Program-made: the position numbers and the translations under genes | Notes under the pieces: generated by a model | The model's database searches: none | What the model was told of the DNA's origin: nothing | What the model saw: the letters and a program-made list of their open reading frames with translations, nothing else | Part shown: in pieces, positions 19,680 through 28,151 of the stretch | Layout of the letters: every line of letters begins with the position of its first letter | Numbering within the stretch: position 1 is the stretch's first letter | From: a virus | Taxonomy: Duplodnaviria > Heunggongvirae > Uroviricota > Caudoviricetes | Direction: 5' to 3' (one strand) | Length of the DNA stretch: 64,000 nt | IMG/VR virus record: IMGVR_UViG_3300009744_000018

Positions 19680-20287
19680 TCCTTAAATTTATCTCCATAT
19701 TTTTTCCTTAGTTTAGTTTTATAAAGCCAGTTATTTCTCATGTAGAAATCCTTACTTAATTTATAAAGCATCCTCCACTTTAATCTTTCAACAGTTTGTT
19801 CTTTTCTTTTTTTAGGTATCTTTATTTTTCTGGCCCTCTGGATAGTCTTATAACCCGACTTTATTCTATTACCTTTATAGTAGAACTTATCAAAATCAAT
19901 CTCAATCAAACCGACAAAAGAAGGGACCTCATCCACAGGGATAACTCCTTTTGGTGCTATGAGATAATTATACTCACCGCCGATGCAGAAACCGTTTTGA
20001 AAGTCAGAATAAGAGGCCTTAGCCTCAACCGATTTAATCGTCACATCACCAGAGTAGGTTGCCTTAAACCCAAAAGCATCTGTAATACTTTTGTTATGTA
20101 TCTTATAACCAAGCTTTGTATCAAACTGCTTTTCTGCAAGACGAGAGAAGCAGTGGGGGATAGTAAATTCATCCGCCACAAAGTTGCAGAGCTGGTTATG
20201 CTTTAAATAAAGCTTACCAATTTCTTTTAAAGTAAAATGTTCAAAGCTCTCATTTTTTGGAAATACAATATCTGACATAAAAAACAT
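19676..20287 (-). CDS. Hypothetical protein (first gene after the long intergenic region; start may be the ATG at 20278)
   Basis: 203-aa ORF; AAGGAA RBS upstream of the second Met. Confidence 0.4.
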   Translation of the reverse strand: MFFMSDIVFPKNESFEHFTLKEIGKLYLKHNQLCNFVADEFTIPHCFSRLAEKQFDTKLGYKIHNKSITDAFGFKATYSGDVTIKSVEAKASYSDFQNGFCIGGEYNYLIAPKGVIPVDEVPSFVGLIEIDFDKFYYKGNRIKSGYKTIQRARKIKIPKKRKEQTVERLKWRMLYKLSKDFYMRNNWLYKTKLRKKYGDKFKD

Positions 20288-20770
20288 TCCTTCTTAAATT
20301 TATTTATTCTTATGAAATAAGTATGTTTAAGAATATAAAAACATATATTTTTATTATGTTTAATCATTATATGAACTTATGAATATAGAAACAAAGGAAC
20401 TAACCCCTATAATTTTAAAAAAGTATTTAGTTATACCCACAATCCAAAAACTTTTGACGATATGAGGCCATATAATTTATGTTATTTTTTCCATTTTATC
20501 CCAAAAACCTAGATATCTTGGGATATTGAGACAGAATTTAGAATTAAATAACTTGGATGTAAAATATTTTAATAGTAAAATAACCTCTCTTTTGGTAAAA
20601 ATTTCGTAAAACAAGAATTTTACGAATATATTGCGAAACTTTTTTACTAAGCTTTTTTATAAAAACATCCAATAATATAATACTTTTAATATTTTAAATA
20701 TTGCATATAGTATCACAAGTGCTCCAATTGTAAATACTGTTCCTATTAAGAAATCCATTTTTAATTCTCC
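20288..20770 (-). promoter_or_regulatory. 480-bp AT-rich non-coding region containing a 10/11-bp perfect inverted repeat (operator-like)
   Basis: ATTTCGTAAAA-caagaa-TTTTACGAAT at 20601-20627. The region has no ORF and lies upstream of the - strand operon starting at 20287. Confidence 0.35.
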
Positions 20771-20771
20771 T

Positions 20772-21005
20772 TTATTGCAATTCTAATAAACATCCGTTAT
20801 TTTTTATATAATCATATAATTTTTTCATAATAGAATCTCTTTGCATTCGGTATTTAAAAGTTTTAACGATATTTTTATCTGTTAATGTTATTTCTAAATA
20901 ATATGGCTCAACCATATTTTCTTTTTCATAAATTTCAATATTAATAATTGAGTTGACATTTATTATATTATAATCAAGTTTAATAAAGTTTGGCTCAAAA
21001 TCCAT
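20772..21005 (-). CDS. Hypothetical protein
   Basis: ORF; no motif. Confidence 0.35.
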   Translation of the reverse strand: MDFEPNFIKLDYNIINVNSIINIEIYEKENMVEPYYLEITLTDKNIVKTFKYRMQRDSIMKKLYDYIKNNGCLLELQ

Positions 21006-21020
21006 AATAATCCTCGCTTT

Positions 21021-21263
21021 CTATTTTGGAGACATCGACTTGACATAAATAAAGGCTAAAATAGTCAGCCAGCTTAAAAGGCACGACATAAAAATTGCAG
21101 AGTAAACATCATTTTTATCTTTTGCTGATGAAGCCTTTATAATATGTTCAAGTGCATCTTCCCAAATATGTTTGTTAACTAAATACTGTGACAGCCACAA
21201 AAACATTGTGGCCATCACTCCTGCTAAATAAAACCAAAATAATCTCTCAAATAAAACAATCAT
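21021..21263 (-). CDS. Small membrane protein
   Basis: Two TM helices. Confidence 0.35.
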   Translation of the reverse strand: MIVLFERLFWFYLAGVMATMFLWLSQYLVNKHIWEDALEHIIKASSAKDKNDVYSAIFMSCLLSWLTILAFIYVKSMSPK

Positions 21264-21653
21264 TTATAGCACCTCTGTTAATTCCGCAAAATCTTCTGGC
21301 ATTCTAAGATTAATTTTTTCAAAGTCTTCTTCCCTCATATAAAGAACAAGCGCATCATCAACATGCTTTAGTACATCATCAGCTGATAATCTATGATTTT
21401 CTGCTACAAGTTTGTTGCCTAAATAAAAACCTTCCCATTCACCATTTTCAAGTCTTACAAAATGGTATTCATGACCATTTTCAAGTCTTGCAAAACGGTA
21501 TTCATGCGGCTTAATCGACATTTTATTGGACTTTTCTATTTCCATCATTTCTATTTCCATCATTGCAGATAGCGTATCTTTATTTGTCCCGTACTGTTCT
21601 ACCTGCTGTAAAATTTCATCTTTTAATTCTTCCCACATTTTTTCGTAATTCAT
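21264..21653 (-). CDS. Hypothetical protein
   Basis: Contains a tandem internal repeat (HEYRFARLENGHEYHFVRLENGEW). Confidence 0.4.
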   Translation of the reverse strand: MNYEKMWEELKDEILQQVEQYGTNKDTLSAMMEIEMMEIEKSNKMSIKPHEYRFARLENGHEYHFVRLENGEWEGFYLGNKLVAENHRLSADDVLKHVDDALVLYMREEDFEKINLRMPEDFAELTEVL

Positions 21654-21664
21654 TTATTTACCTC

Positions 21665-21862
21665 CTAAATTAGATTGTAATGATAAACAAAGCTTCTTCC
21701 TTCATTATATTTTCTTTTTTTATCCTCCATCTTATCAGCAACCCGTTTCATTCTTAAAGCTTTTTTGCGGTCCTTTACATCAAGAGCCCACTTTGCTAAA
21801 AGCATAGCTTCAAGCGATTGATACTTCTGATAACCAGGAGCGTTTTTCCAAAGGTGACTCAT
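21665..21862 (-). CDS. Hypothetical protein
   Basis: Short basic ORF. Confidence 0.3.
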   Translation of the reverse strand: MSHLWKNAPGYQKYQSLEAMLLAKWALDVKDRKKALRMKRVADKMEDKKRKYNEGRSFVYHYNLI

Positions 21863-21872
21863 TTTACCCCCC

Positions 21873-22205
21873 CTAAAATATAAAGACTATTATTAATGTA
21901 AATACATGGGCAAGCTGGTCTGCTATTAAGTAGCCAGAATAATGAGCCTCGCGCTGCAATGAAATTTTCGCCAGGTCGATAATAAAATGTGTAGCAAATA
22001 AAAACATAAACTTCCAGAGTGTATAAATTCCAAGAATCTTTAACCCAAGCGACAAGAATAAAGCCCATGTCAGACAGTGTATGAATAAAATAAAAATGTA
22101 TTTAGCCTTGTATGTTCCGACAAAATCTCCCTGCCAGTGAAAGTCATACATTAAGTGCATCAGTATTAAAATCGCAAACTGCTCTATCAAGCTAAGCTCC
22201 ATCAT
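21873..22205 (-). CDS. Membrane protein (3 TM)
   Basis: Hydrophobic helices. Confidence 0.35.
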   Translation of the reverse strand: MMELSLIEQFAILILMHLMYDFHWQGDFVGTYKAKYIFILFIHCLTWALFLSLGLKILGIYTLWKFMFLFATHFIIDLAKISLQREAHYSGYLIADQLAHVFTLIIVFIF

Positions 22206-22208
22206 ATT

Positions 22209-22613
22209 TTAATCTCCAATCTTTATAAAATTAAGTACATTAAAAATATGTGCTAATTGTTTTTCGGTCCATTCAGGTGCTCCTGTTTCATATTCCCTAG
22301 CTAAACCTCTTTTTAGAAGAAAGTCGCTCAAGGTTCCACCTTCTGGTAGATAAATATCTGCAATATACCTGCCAAAACCACCCTTTTTATTTGTTTTAAT
22401 TACTAATTCTCTATCTTTTAATAGGTGTTTTACAAACTCAGTAACAAGTATAGCTGCGTTTTTTTCTCTATTATTAGATGTTCTCATCTCTGGTGTATCA
22501 ACACCCTTGAGTCTGAGCCTTTCTTTTTTTAATGTAGAAAAGCCCAAATCAATTGTTGCATCAAAGGTATCACCATCTATAACCTCATCTATCACGGCAT
22601 TGTATTTGTACAT
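22209..22613 (-). CDS. Staphylococcal-nuclease (SNase/thermonuclease)-like nuclease
   Basis: VIDGDTFD...LRLKGVDTPE matches the SNase signature (DGDT..RLxGIDAPE). Confidence 0.6.
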   Translation of the reverse strand: MYKYNAVIDEVIDGDTFDATIDLGFSTLKKERLRLKGVDTPEMRTSNNREKNAAILVTEFVKHLLKDRELVIKTNKKGGFGRYIADIYLPEGGTLSDFLLKRGLAREYETGAPEWTEKQLAHIFNVLNFIKIGD

Positions 22614-22970
22614 TTATGCCCCCTTAACCCAGTCATCTACATAAACAGCTTTATCATCAATATATTTATGAGCAAACACTTTTATTCCCTCGCCATCAAA
22701 ATGGTTTTTAACCCATTCACAATTTTCATTAGCATAATCAATAGGTATATCATTTTCGTAGCAGAATTTTATAGCTTCCTCAAGCTCTTTACCGGTCCGA
22801 CATGTCCAGAGAATGATTACAGTGCCATCTTCATCTTCTCTTCTCATCTCTTCTACAACATGCTCATTAATCTCTCCGATTTCAGGCCATTTATTTTGAA
22901 CAATAGTTCCGTCAAAGTCGACAGCTATAATTCTAGGCATATCTCCATTTAAATCTTCTTTTTCTGTCAT
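22614..22970 (-). CDS. Small HAD-like (DxDGT) phosphatase-fold protein; paralog of 42129-42482
   Basis: IIAVDFDGTIV motif; 118 aa. Confidence 0.45.
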   Translation of the reverse strand: MTEKEDLNGDMPRIIAVDFDGTIVQNKWPEIGEINEHVVEEMRREDEDGTVIILWTCRTGKELEEAIKFCYENDIPIDYANENCEWVKNHFDGEGIKVFAHKYIDDKAVYVDDWVKGA

Positions 22971-22974
22971 TTAA

Positions 22975-23706
22975 TCACCTTTCATTCTCTATAAATTTTA
23001 TTAGTCTTTTTAAGTTTATAGGTTTTAATAATAAATTTTCTGCTGAAACACATTTGTGGAACTTAGATTTCTCTTCCTTAACACCATGTACATGTCCGTG
23101 AATGTTAATTATGTTGTGTGACTTAAAATAAAGCTCATCTTCTATACTCAATTCCATTGGTCTGTGAGTTAAAACGAAAGTGTAATCATTAACCATCAAG
23201 GTAAAACTGTCATATACTTCTTTAAACCCAAGCCTTTCAACGAGTTTTGTTCGTGATTGACCGTCGTGATTACCTCTAATGAGTATAATTTTGCCGTTTA
23301 AACGGTCCATAATCTCAAGCTGTCGTTTGGTGTTAGTAAGAAAGAAATCTCCTAGATGAAGCACTGTGTCATGTGGACAAACAGTATCATTCCACATTTC
23401 AATCATGTATTCATCCATCTCTTCTGCTGTTAAAAAAGGTCTGTTCTCATATTCTATAATGTTATAATGGCCAAAATGGGTGTCAGCAATCAGATATAGA
23501 TTTTTAACACCCAAGATTGACTCAATTATCCTTTTTCCTCTTTCAATTTCTTCCATTGTTTTCTTTATGTTTGTTTTTCTTTTATTTATTTCTTCTGGTG
23601 TAGATTTATGATTTTCAGCTTCTTCTAAAAGTTCATAAAACCTATCAGCTGCTTTTTGCGACTTTATAACAATAGGCTCTGTAAATCTTTTTAAGTAATC
23701 TTCCAT
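22975..23706 (-). CDS. Calcineurin-like metallophosphoesterase
   Basis: Motifs IADTHFGH, LHLGDFF and IRGNHD. Confidence 0.6.
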   Translation of the reverse strand: MEDYLKRFTEPIVIKSQKAADRFYELLEEAENHKSTPEEINKRKTNIKKTMEEIERGKRIIESILGVKNLYLIADTHFGHYNIIEYENRPFLTAEEMDEYMIEMWNDTVCPHDTVLHLGDFFLTNTKRQLEIMDRLNGKIILIRGNHDGQSRTKLVERLGFKEVYDSFTLMVNDYTFVLTHRPMELSIEDELYFKSHNIINIHGHVHGVKEEKSKFHKCVSAENLLLKPINLKRLIKFIENER

Positions 23707-23991
23707 TTAAAATCTCGAGAGACCAATCTCGATTTCCTTTTCTAAATTTGTATGTTGACCTAGCCAGTTTTTATACTGAAACTTTTTAAGGTCCTTGTCA
23801 TACTTTACTTTCATAAATCTCTTTGTTCTAGGTACAGAACTTCTATTATCAATTAAAGACATTGTTCCTTTATACTTATCCCATGTCCCATCTAAAAACC
23901 CAACTTCAAGTTCTTCATTCTTTTCATCTAGAAGATTAAAAAATTCCTTCTTAATATCTTCGTGTTCTTTTAATTTCTGTGTAGCTGCCAT
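23707..23991 (-). CDS. Hypothetical protein
   Basis: ORF; no motif. Confidence 0.35.
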   Translation of the reverse strand: MAATQKLKEHEDIKKEFFNLLDEKNEELEVGFLDGTWDKYKGTMSLIDNRSSVPRTKRFMKVKYDKDLKKFQYKNWLGQHTNLEKEIEIGLSRF

Positions 23992-24010
23992 TATTTTATC
24001 CCCCTTGTTT

Positions 24011-24208
24011 TTACTCTTTATTTGAAACTTCCTTTACCATGTTTTCTATATCTAAAATAGTTTCGTGCTTTACTGTTTCGTAATCTTTTTCAGTTTTATC
24101 ATAGGCTCGTCCATCCCAATAAGTCTTTTCCAAAAGCAGATGGTATTTTATTTTATCTACTTTAGCTCTTGCTTCTTTCGAAAAGATTTTTTTAATCCAT
24201 TTAATCAT
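24011..24208 (-). CDS. Hypothetical protein
   Basis: Short ORF. Confidence 0.3.
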   Translation of the reverse strand: MIKWIKKIFSKEARAKVDKIKYHLLLEKTYWDGRAYDKTEKDYETVKHETILDIENMVKEVSNKE

Positions 24209-24227
24209 TTTTATATTCCTCCATTTT

Positions 24228-24476
24228 TTATATGCAAAGCATAATTACTATATATACAAGTGTTGAACCTGTTATAGTGTAAGCCATATCCGTCCATTCA
24301 AAGCAACCTTTATCAAGCCACTTGTCCCAGACATATTCCTTTAATATACCAACTGTACTTCCTGTTACTAATCCAAAGAATGGGTTAATCAAACTTAAAA
24401 TTAGTGTTATTAACCCTCCAGCAAAAAAGTGTTTGATATAATCAATTCTTGGTGGCTTTTCTTTTAAAAATTCCAT
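24228..24476 (-). CDS. Small membrane protein (2 TM)
   Basis: Hydrophobic helices. Confidence 0.35.
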   Translation of the reverse strand: MEFLKEKPPRIDYIKHFFAGGLITLILSLINPFFGLVTGSTVGILKEYVWDKWLDKGCFEWTDMAYTITGSTLVYIVIMLCI

Positions 24477-24817
24477 AAGTCTAACACCCCTTCAATTCCT
24501 TCAGAGCCAAGAGGAATTTTGTAAATTGCTACCTTTTCTTCAAGTCCTGCAATTACCCTAACTTTCATCCCAAATATAGAGCTTATTTTATCTGCGTTTT
24601 CTTTTAATTCAACAGGCATTGTTTCTTTAAATTCTTCAAAACCCTCTTTATTAAAAACAATTACATAATGATAAGACATTTCAGGCAGTGAATTTATTGC
24701 CTCATACAAGTCATCAAGGCTTGTTTCGTCTGTATTTATTTCACATTCGACAGAATACCTATCCTTAGATATACTGTCATACCACTCAATCTGGTCTTTT
24801 GCTACCTGAGATGTCAT
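24464..24817 (-). CDS. Hypothetical protein; 5' end abuts or is overlapped by the IS element's right end
   Basis: The track's ORF start (24859, MRNPRGLAPRSVKTM..) reads through the IS subterminal hairpin. The internal Met at 24817 (MTSQVAKD..) is the likely native start. Confidence 0.4.
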   Translation of the reverse strand: MTSQVAKDQIEWYDSISKDRYSVECEINTDETSLDDLYEAINSLPEMSYHYVIVFNKEGFEEFKETMPVELKENADKISSIFGMKVRVIAGLEEKVAIYKIPLGSEGIEGVLDLWNF

Positions 24818-24819
24818 GG

Positions 24820-25010
24820 TCTTGACGCTCCTCGGGGCAAGCCCACGAGGATTCCTCATTCATAGAGAATTGCCTACTTAAAGCATAGCAAAAGCTAGAT
24901 TAATTAGGTCTTATGCTCTCTCCAAAGGCGTAAATTCGGGTAAGCCCTACCCTATATAGTCTATCTTATACCTAAATCTAATTTGCCTTGTTTTAAAAGA
25001 TTTTTACTAG
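24820..25010 (-). ncRNA. Candidate omega/reRNA of TnpB (overlaps the tnpB 3' end through the right-end hairpin)
   Basis: Position-based inference only. TnpB elements encode their guide RNA from the 3' end of tnpB plus the right end, and the RE hairpin is at 24830-24850. Confidence 0.3.
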
Positions 25011-26082
25011 CGTTTATATCCCTGTCGTGATTTGCACCACACTCACAAGTCCAAGTGCGAACTGATAAATCTTTGACTTTAGGATTTTTAGTACCACATT
25101 CTGAACAGGTTTGACTACTAGCAAAAAACCTATCTGCTTTGTGTAATATGCAATTATACCACTTGCTTTTGTATTCCAGCATTGTAGTAAACATATTCCA
25201 GGCACAATCAGAAATATGTTTTGCAAGTTTAGAATTTTTAAGCATACCTTTTACATTTAAGTCCTCTATGACTAAAAGTTGGTTCTCCTTTGTTAGACTA
25301 GTTGACAGTTTATGCAAAAAGTCTTTACGAATATTTTTGATTTTTTCATGAACTTTAGCAATTTTCTTTTTAAGTTTATACCAATTGTTACTACCTTCTT
25401 CTTTACGAGCTAACCTTCTTTGTAATTTAGCAAGTTTATCTTGATATTTAGAAAGGTGCCTAGGATTTGAAATATGTTCACCATTAGAAGTAGTTAAAAA
25501 GTCTTTAATTCCTAAATCTAATCCTAATTCACATTGATTATCTTTAACAATAGTTACTAAGACTTGTTTAACATTAATTGATATATAATATTTACCTGCT
25601 CTAGATTTAGAAACTGTAACATTATTAATTTTACCTTTAACCTCTTTAGATTTAGCAAACTTAATCCAAGATAGTTTTGGTAGTTTAATCTTATTTTCTT
25701 TAATTTCAATATTTGTTGTACCACTAGGTCTAATGAATTTTTGTGTTCTATATGATAGCCTAGCTTTTCTTTTAGATTTAAACTTAGGATAATTATATTT
25801 ACCACTAAAGAAATTCTTAAAAGCTCTATCCAGGTCTTTAAGACTTTGCTGTAAAGCTATACTATCTACTTCTTTAAGCCACTCATATTCTTTTTTTAAT
25901 TGAGGCAGTTGTCTGGAATATTTAGTATATGATTGATAATTTTCTTCTTTAGTTTTTGCTAAAAATTCGTTGTAAATGAATCTAGAACAACCAATAGTTT
26001 TATCAATTAATTCTTGTTGTTCTTGATTAGGATAAATTCTAAACTTATATGCTTTGTTAATTGGCTTAAATTTTTTAATCAT
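24961..26082 (-). CDS. tnpB: TnpB (IS605 OrfB family RNA-guided nuclease)
   Basis: N-terminus KAYKFRIYPNQEQQELIDKTIGCSRFIYNEFL, a RuvC-like core and a C-terminal zinc finger (CSECG..C.CG); 373 aa. Confidence 0.85.
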   Translation of the reverse strand: MIKKFKPINKAYKFRIYPNQEQQELIDKTIGCSRFIYNEFLAKTKEENYQSYTKYSRQLPQLKKEYEWLKEVDSIALQQSLKDLDRAFKNFFSGKYNYPKFKSKRKARLSYRTQKFIRPSGTTNIEIKENKIKLPKLSWIKFAKSKEVKGKINNVTVSKSRAGKYYISINVKQVLVTIVKDNQCELGLDLGIKDFLTTSNGEHISNPRHLSKYQDKLAKLQRRLARKEEGSNNWYKLKKKIAKVHEKIKNIRKDFLHKLSTSLTKENQLLVIEDLNVKGMLKNSKLAKHISDCAWNMFTTMLEYKSKWYNCILHKADRFFASSQTCSECGTKNPKVKDLSVRTWTCECGANHDRDINASKNLLKQGKLDLGIR

Positions 26083-26177
26083 TATGTTTGCCTCTTTTCT
26101 ATGTTGTTAACTACATTATATCATTGTGTTGATATGTTGTCAACTATATGATATAATAATTTTAGGAGGTGTTCATT

Positions 26178-26330
26178 ATGTCAAGAAAAGCAGTCAACAC
26201 TACTTTAAATAAAGAATTATATAAGAAAATTAGAATATTAGCTCTAAAAAAAGGTTGCAATGCTAATGATTTAATGGAAGAAGGTATGAAGATGGTACTT
26301 AATAAGTATGAGAACCAGGAAAAAGAATAA
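26178..26330 (+). CDS. Ribbon-helix-helix (CopG/Arc-like) small DNA-binding protein, 50 aa, inside the IS element and divergent from tnpB
   Basis: AGGAGGT RBS 7 nt before the ATG. MSRKAVNTTLNKELYKKIRILALKKGCNANDLMEEGMKMVL has a beta-strand plus two helices. It is absent from the ORF track because it is under 60 aa. Confidence 0.45.
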   Translation: MSRKAVNTTLNKELYKKIRILALKKGCNANDLMEEGMKMVLNKYENQEKE

Positions 26331-26471
26331 TTTTAAAGCAATATTTAATTACTTCAAAATTAGGCACTATTCATCCGTGAGGGCAAGCCCATCAGGTTTT
26401 CTAGTGCCTAACTTTTATAACTTCTGCCGGGAATTCAATATCATCTATAAACATTCTCATCTCTGTTGCTT

Positions 26472-28151
26472 TTACTTTTTTTCCTGTGAACTCATTACTG
26501 ATTGTATCCATCTCCTCGTAGAAGCATTTTTTACAAAATCAACAAATAAAGGGTGTGGCCTCAAAGGTCTTGACTTAAACTCCGGATGAAACTGCACACC
26601 AACAAACCATCTGTGTTCTTTAAGCTCCATTGTTTCAACAAGCTTTCCGTCCGGTGATAGACCTGAGAATACAACCCCGTTAGCTTCAAATAACTTTCTG
26701 TAATCATTGTTAAACTCAAAGCGGTGACGATGCCTTTCTTTTAATTCTAAATGGTCGATGTAGGCGCTGTGAACTCTTGACTTTAAAGGCTTTGCTGTAA
26801 AATCATAAGAGCCAAGCCTCATTGTTCCGCCCTTGTTAACAACCTCTCTCTGCTCATTCATGAGGGTTATTACAGGGTTTTTAGTTTCACTGTCAAACTC
26901 TAAGCTGTTGGCATCTTCTAGTCCTAACTCATTTCTGGCAAATTCAATAGCTGCAACCTGCATGCCAAGACAAATACCAAAGTAAGGGACCTTATTTTCT
27001 CTTGCATATTTAGCCGCCTTTATCTTGCCTTCAATGCCTCTCTCACCAAATCCACCAGGGACTAATATTCCATCATATCCTTTTAATGTTATTCTAACTG
27101 CTTCATCACAGCTTAAATCTTCAAGCTCTTGAGAGTCAATAAATGTAATATCAACATCGAGATGATTTTTAAGACCTGCATGTATTAAAGCCTCTTTGAT
27201 GCTGAGATATGCATCTTCGAGCTGTGTATATTTTCCCACAACTGCTATATTTACCTTTTCTTTTTTTTCTTGTAAATTTACAAGCATATGCCCCCAGTCA
27301 TCTATATCTTGAGGATAACTCTGAAATGATTTAAAACCAAGTTTCTCCATTACCTTTTTAGCCATATCCTGACCTTCATATTTGAGAGGTATTTCATAAA
27401 TGTGCTCTACATCAACTGACTCAAATATTAATTCCTTGTCTATATCTCCAAATAAAGAAATCTTATCCCTTATTTCTTCAGGCATTTTATCTTTAATTCT
27501 GCCGACTACAGCATCAGGCTGAACGCCAAGACTTCTAAGCTCCTTTAAGCTCTGCTGGGTAGGTTTTGATTTGTACTCTCCTACTTTATGCATGTAAGGA
27601 ATTAATGTGCAGTGAACATGGAATGTGTTATCAAAACCTAAATCATGTCTTAACTGCCTTACAGCCTCCACAAAAGGGAAGCTTTCAATATCTCCTACAG
27701 TGCCCCCGAGTTCAATTAGTATCACATCAGTCTTATCGTCTTCCGGCATGGTCATCCTGCGCTTTATCTCATCAGTGATATGAGGTATTACCTGTATTGT
27801 CTTACCTAAGTATTTGCCTTTTCTTTCGTTATCTAAAACTTCCTGATAGATTTGACCTGTTGAGACAGAATTAATTCCAGAAAGCTCTATATCAATAAAC
27901 CTTTCATAGTGGCCAAGGTCTAAATCAGTTTCTGCTCCATCATTGGTAACAAAAACCTCTCCGTGTTCTATAGGGTTCATTGTCCCAGCATCAACATTTA
28001 TATAGGGGTCAAATTTCTGAACCTTAATATTTAACCCTCTAGCTTTAAGTAACATTCCAAGCGATGCAGAAGTTAACCCCTTTCCTAATCCAGAGACAAC
28101 CCCTCCTGTCACGAATATATATTTAGTTTTCTTACTCACACTCATCAACAC
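26472..28151 (-). CDS. pyrG: CTP synthase
   Basis: KYIFVTGGVVSGLGKG, a C-terminal glutamine amidotransferase domain (GICLGMQ), 559 aa. Confidence 0.9.
   Translation of the reverse strand: MLMSVSKKTKYIFVTGGVVSGLGKGLTSASLGMLLKARGLNIKVQKFDPYINVDAGTMNPIEHGEVFVTNDGAETDLDLGHYERFIDIELSGINSVSTGQIYQEVLDNERKGKYLGKTIQVIPHITDEIKRRMTMPEDDKTDVILIELGGTVGDIESFPFVEAVRQLRHDLGFDNTFHVHCTLIPYMHKVGEYKSKPTQQSLKELRSLGVQPDAVVGRIKDKMPEEIRDKISLFGDIDKELIFESVDVEHIYEIPLKYEGQDMAKKVMEKLGFKSFQSYPQDIDDWGHMLVNLQEKKEKVNIAVVGKYTQLEDAYLSIKEALIHAGLKNHLDVDITFIDSQELEDLSCDEAVRITLKGYDGILVPGGFGERGIEGKIKAAKYARENKVPYFGICLGMQVAAIEFARNELGLEDANSLEFDSETKNPVITLMNEQREVVNKGGTMRLGSYDFTAKPLKSRVHSAYIDHLELKERHRHRFEFNNDYRKLFEANGVVFSGLSPDGKLVETMELKEHRWFVGVQFHPEFKSRPLRPHPLFVDFVKNASTRRWIQSVMSSQEKK

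Larger units (their letters stand above)
24820..26415 (-). mobile_element. IS200/IS605-family TnpB-only insertion sequence (IS1341-like), about 1.6 kb
   Basis: The tnpB ORF is flanked by two same-orientation subterminal hairpins sharing a GGGCAAGCCCA core (24830-24850 CCTCGGGGCAAGCCCACGAGG; 26375-26396 CCGTGAGGGCAAGCCCATCAGG). I placed the boundaries at IS608-like offsets from the hairpins. Confidence 0.55.

Noticed and set aside
19796-20206. A 136-aa + strand ORF in the track
   Set aside because: It is entirely antisense within the better-supported - strand gene 19676-20287.
20599-20627. Considered the repeated TTTCGTAAAA / TTTTACGAA as the start of a CRISPR-like array
   Set aside because: There is only one inverted pair and no spacer-repeat periodicity. 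Nowhere in the window are there three or more regularly spaced direct repeats.
25139-25351. Small ORFs from the track inside tnpB (25014-25226 -, 25139-25351 +, 25557-25805 -)
   Set aside because: They are alternative-frame or antisense reads within the intact 373-aa tnpB frame.
26308-26589. A 93-aa + strand ORF spanning the IS left end and the pyrG 3' end
   Set aside because: It overlaps the IS subterminal hairpin and runs antisense into pyrG. It has no RBS and has the composition typical of an AT-rich antisense read-through.
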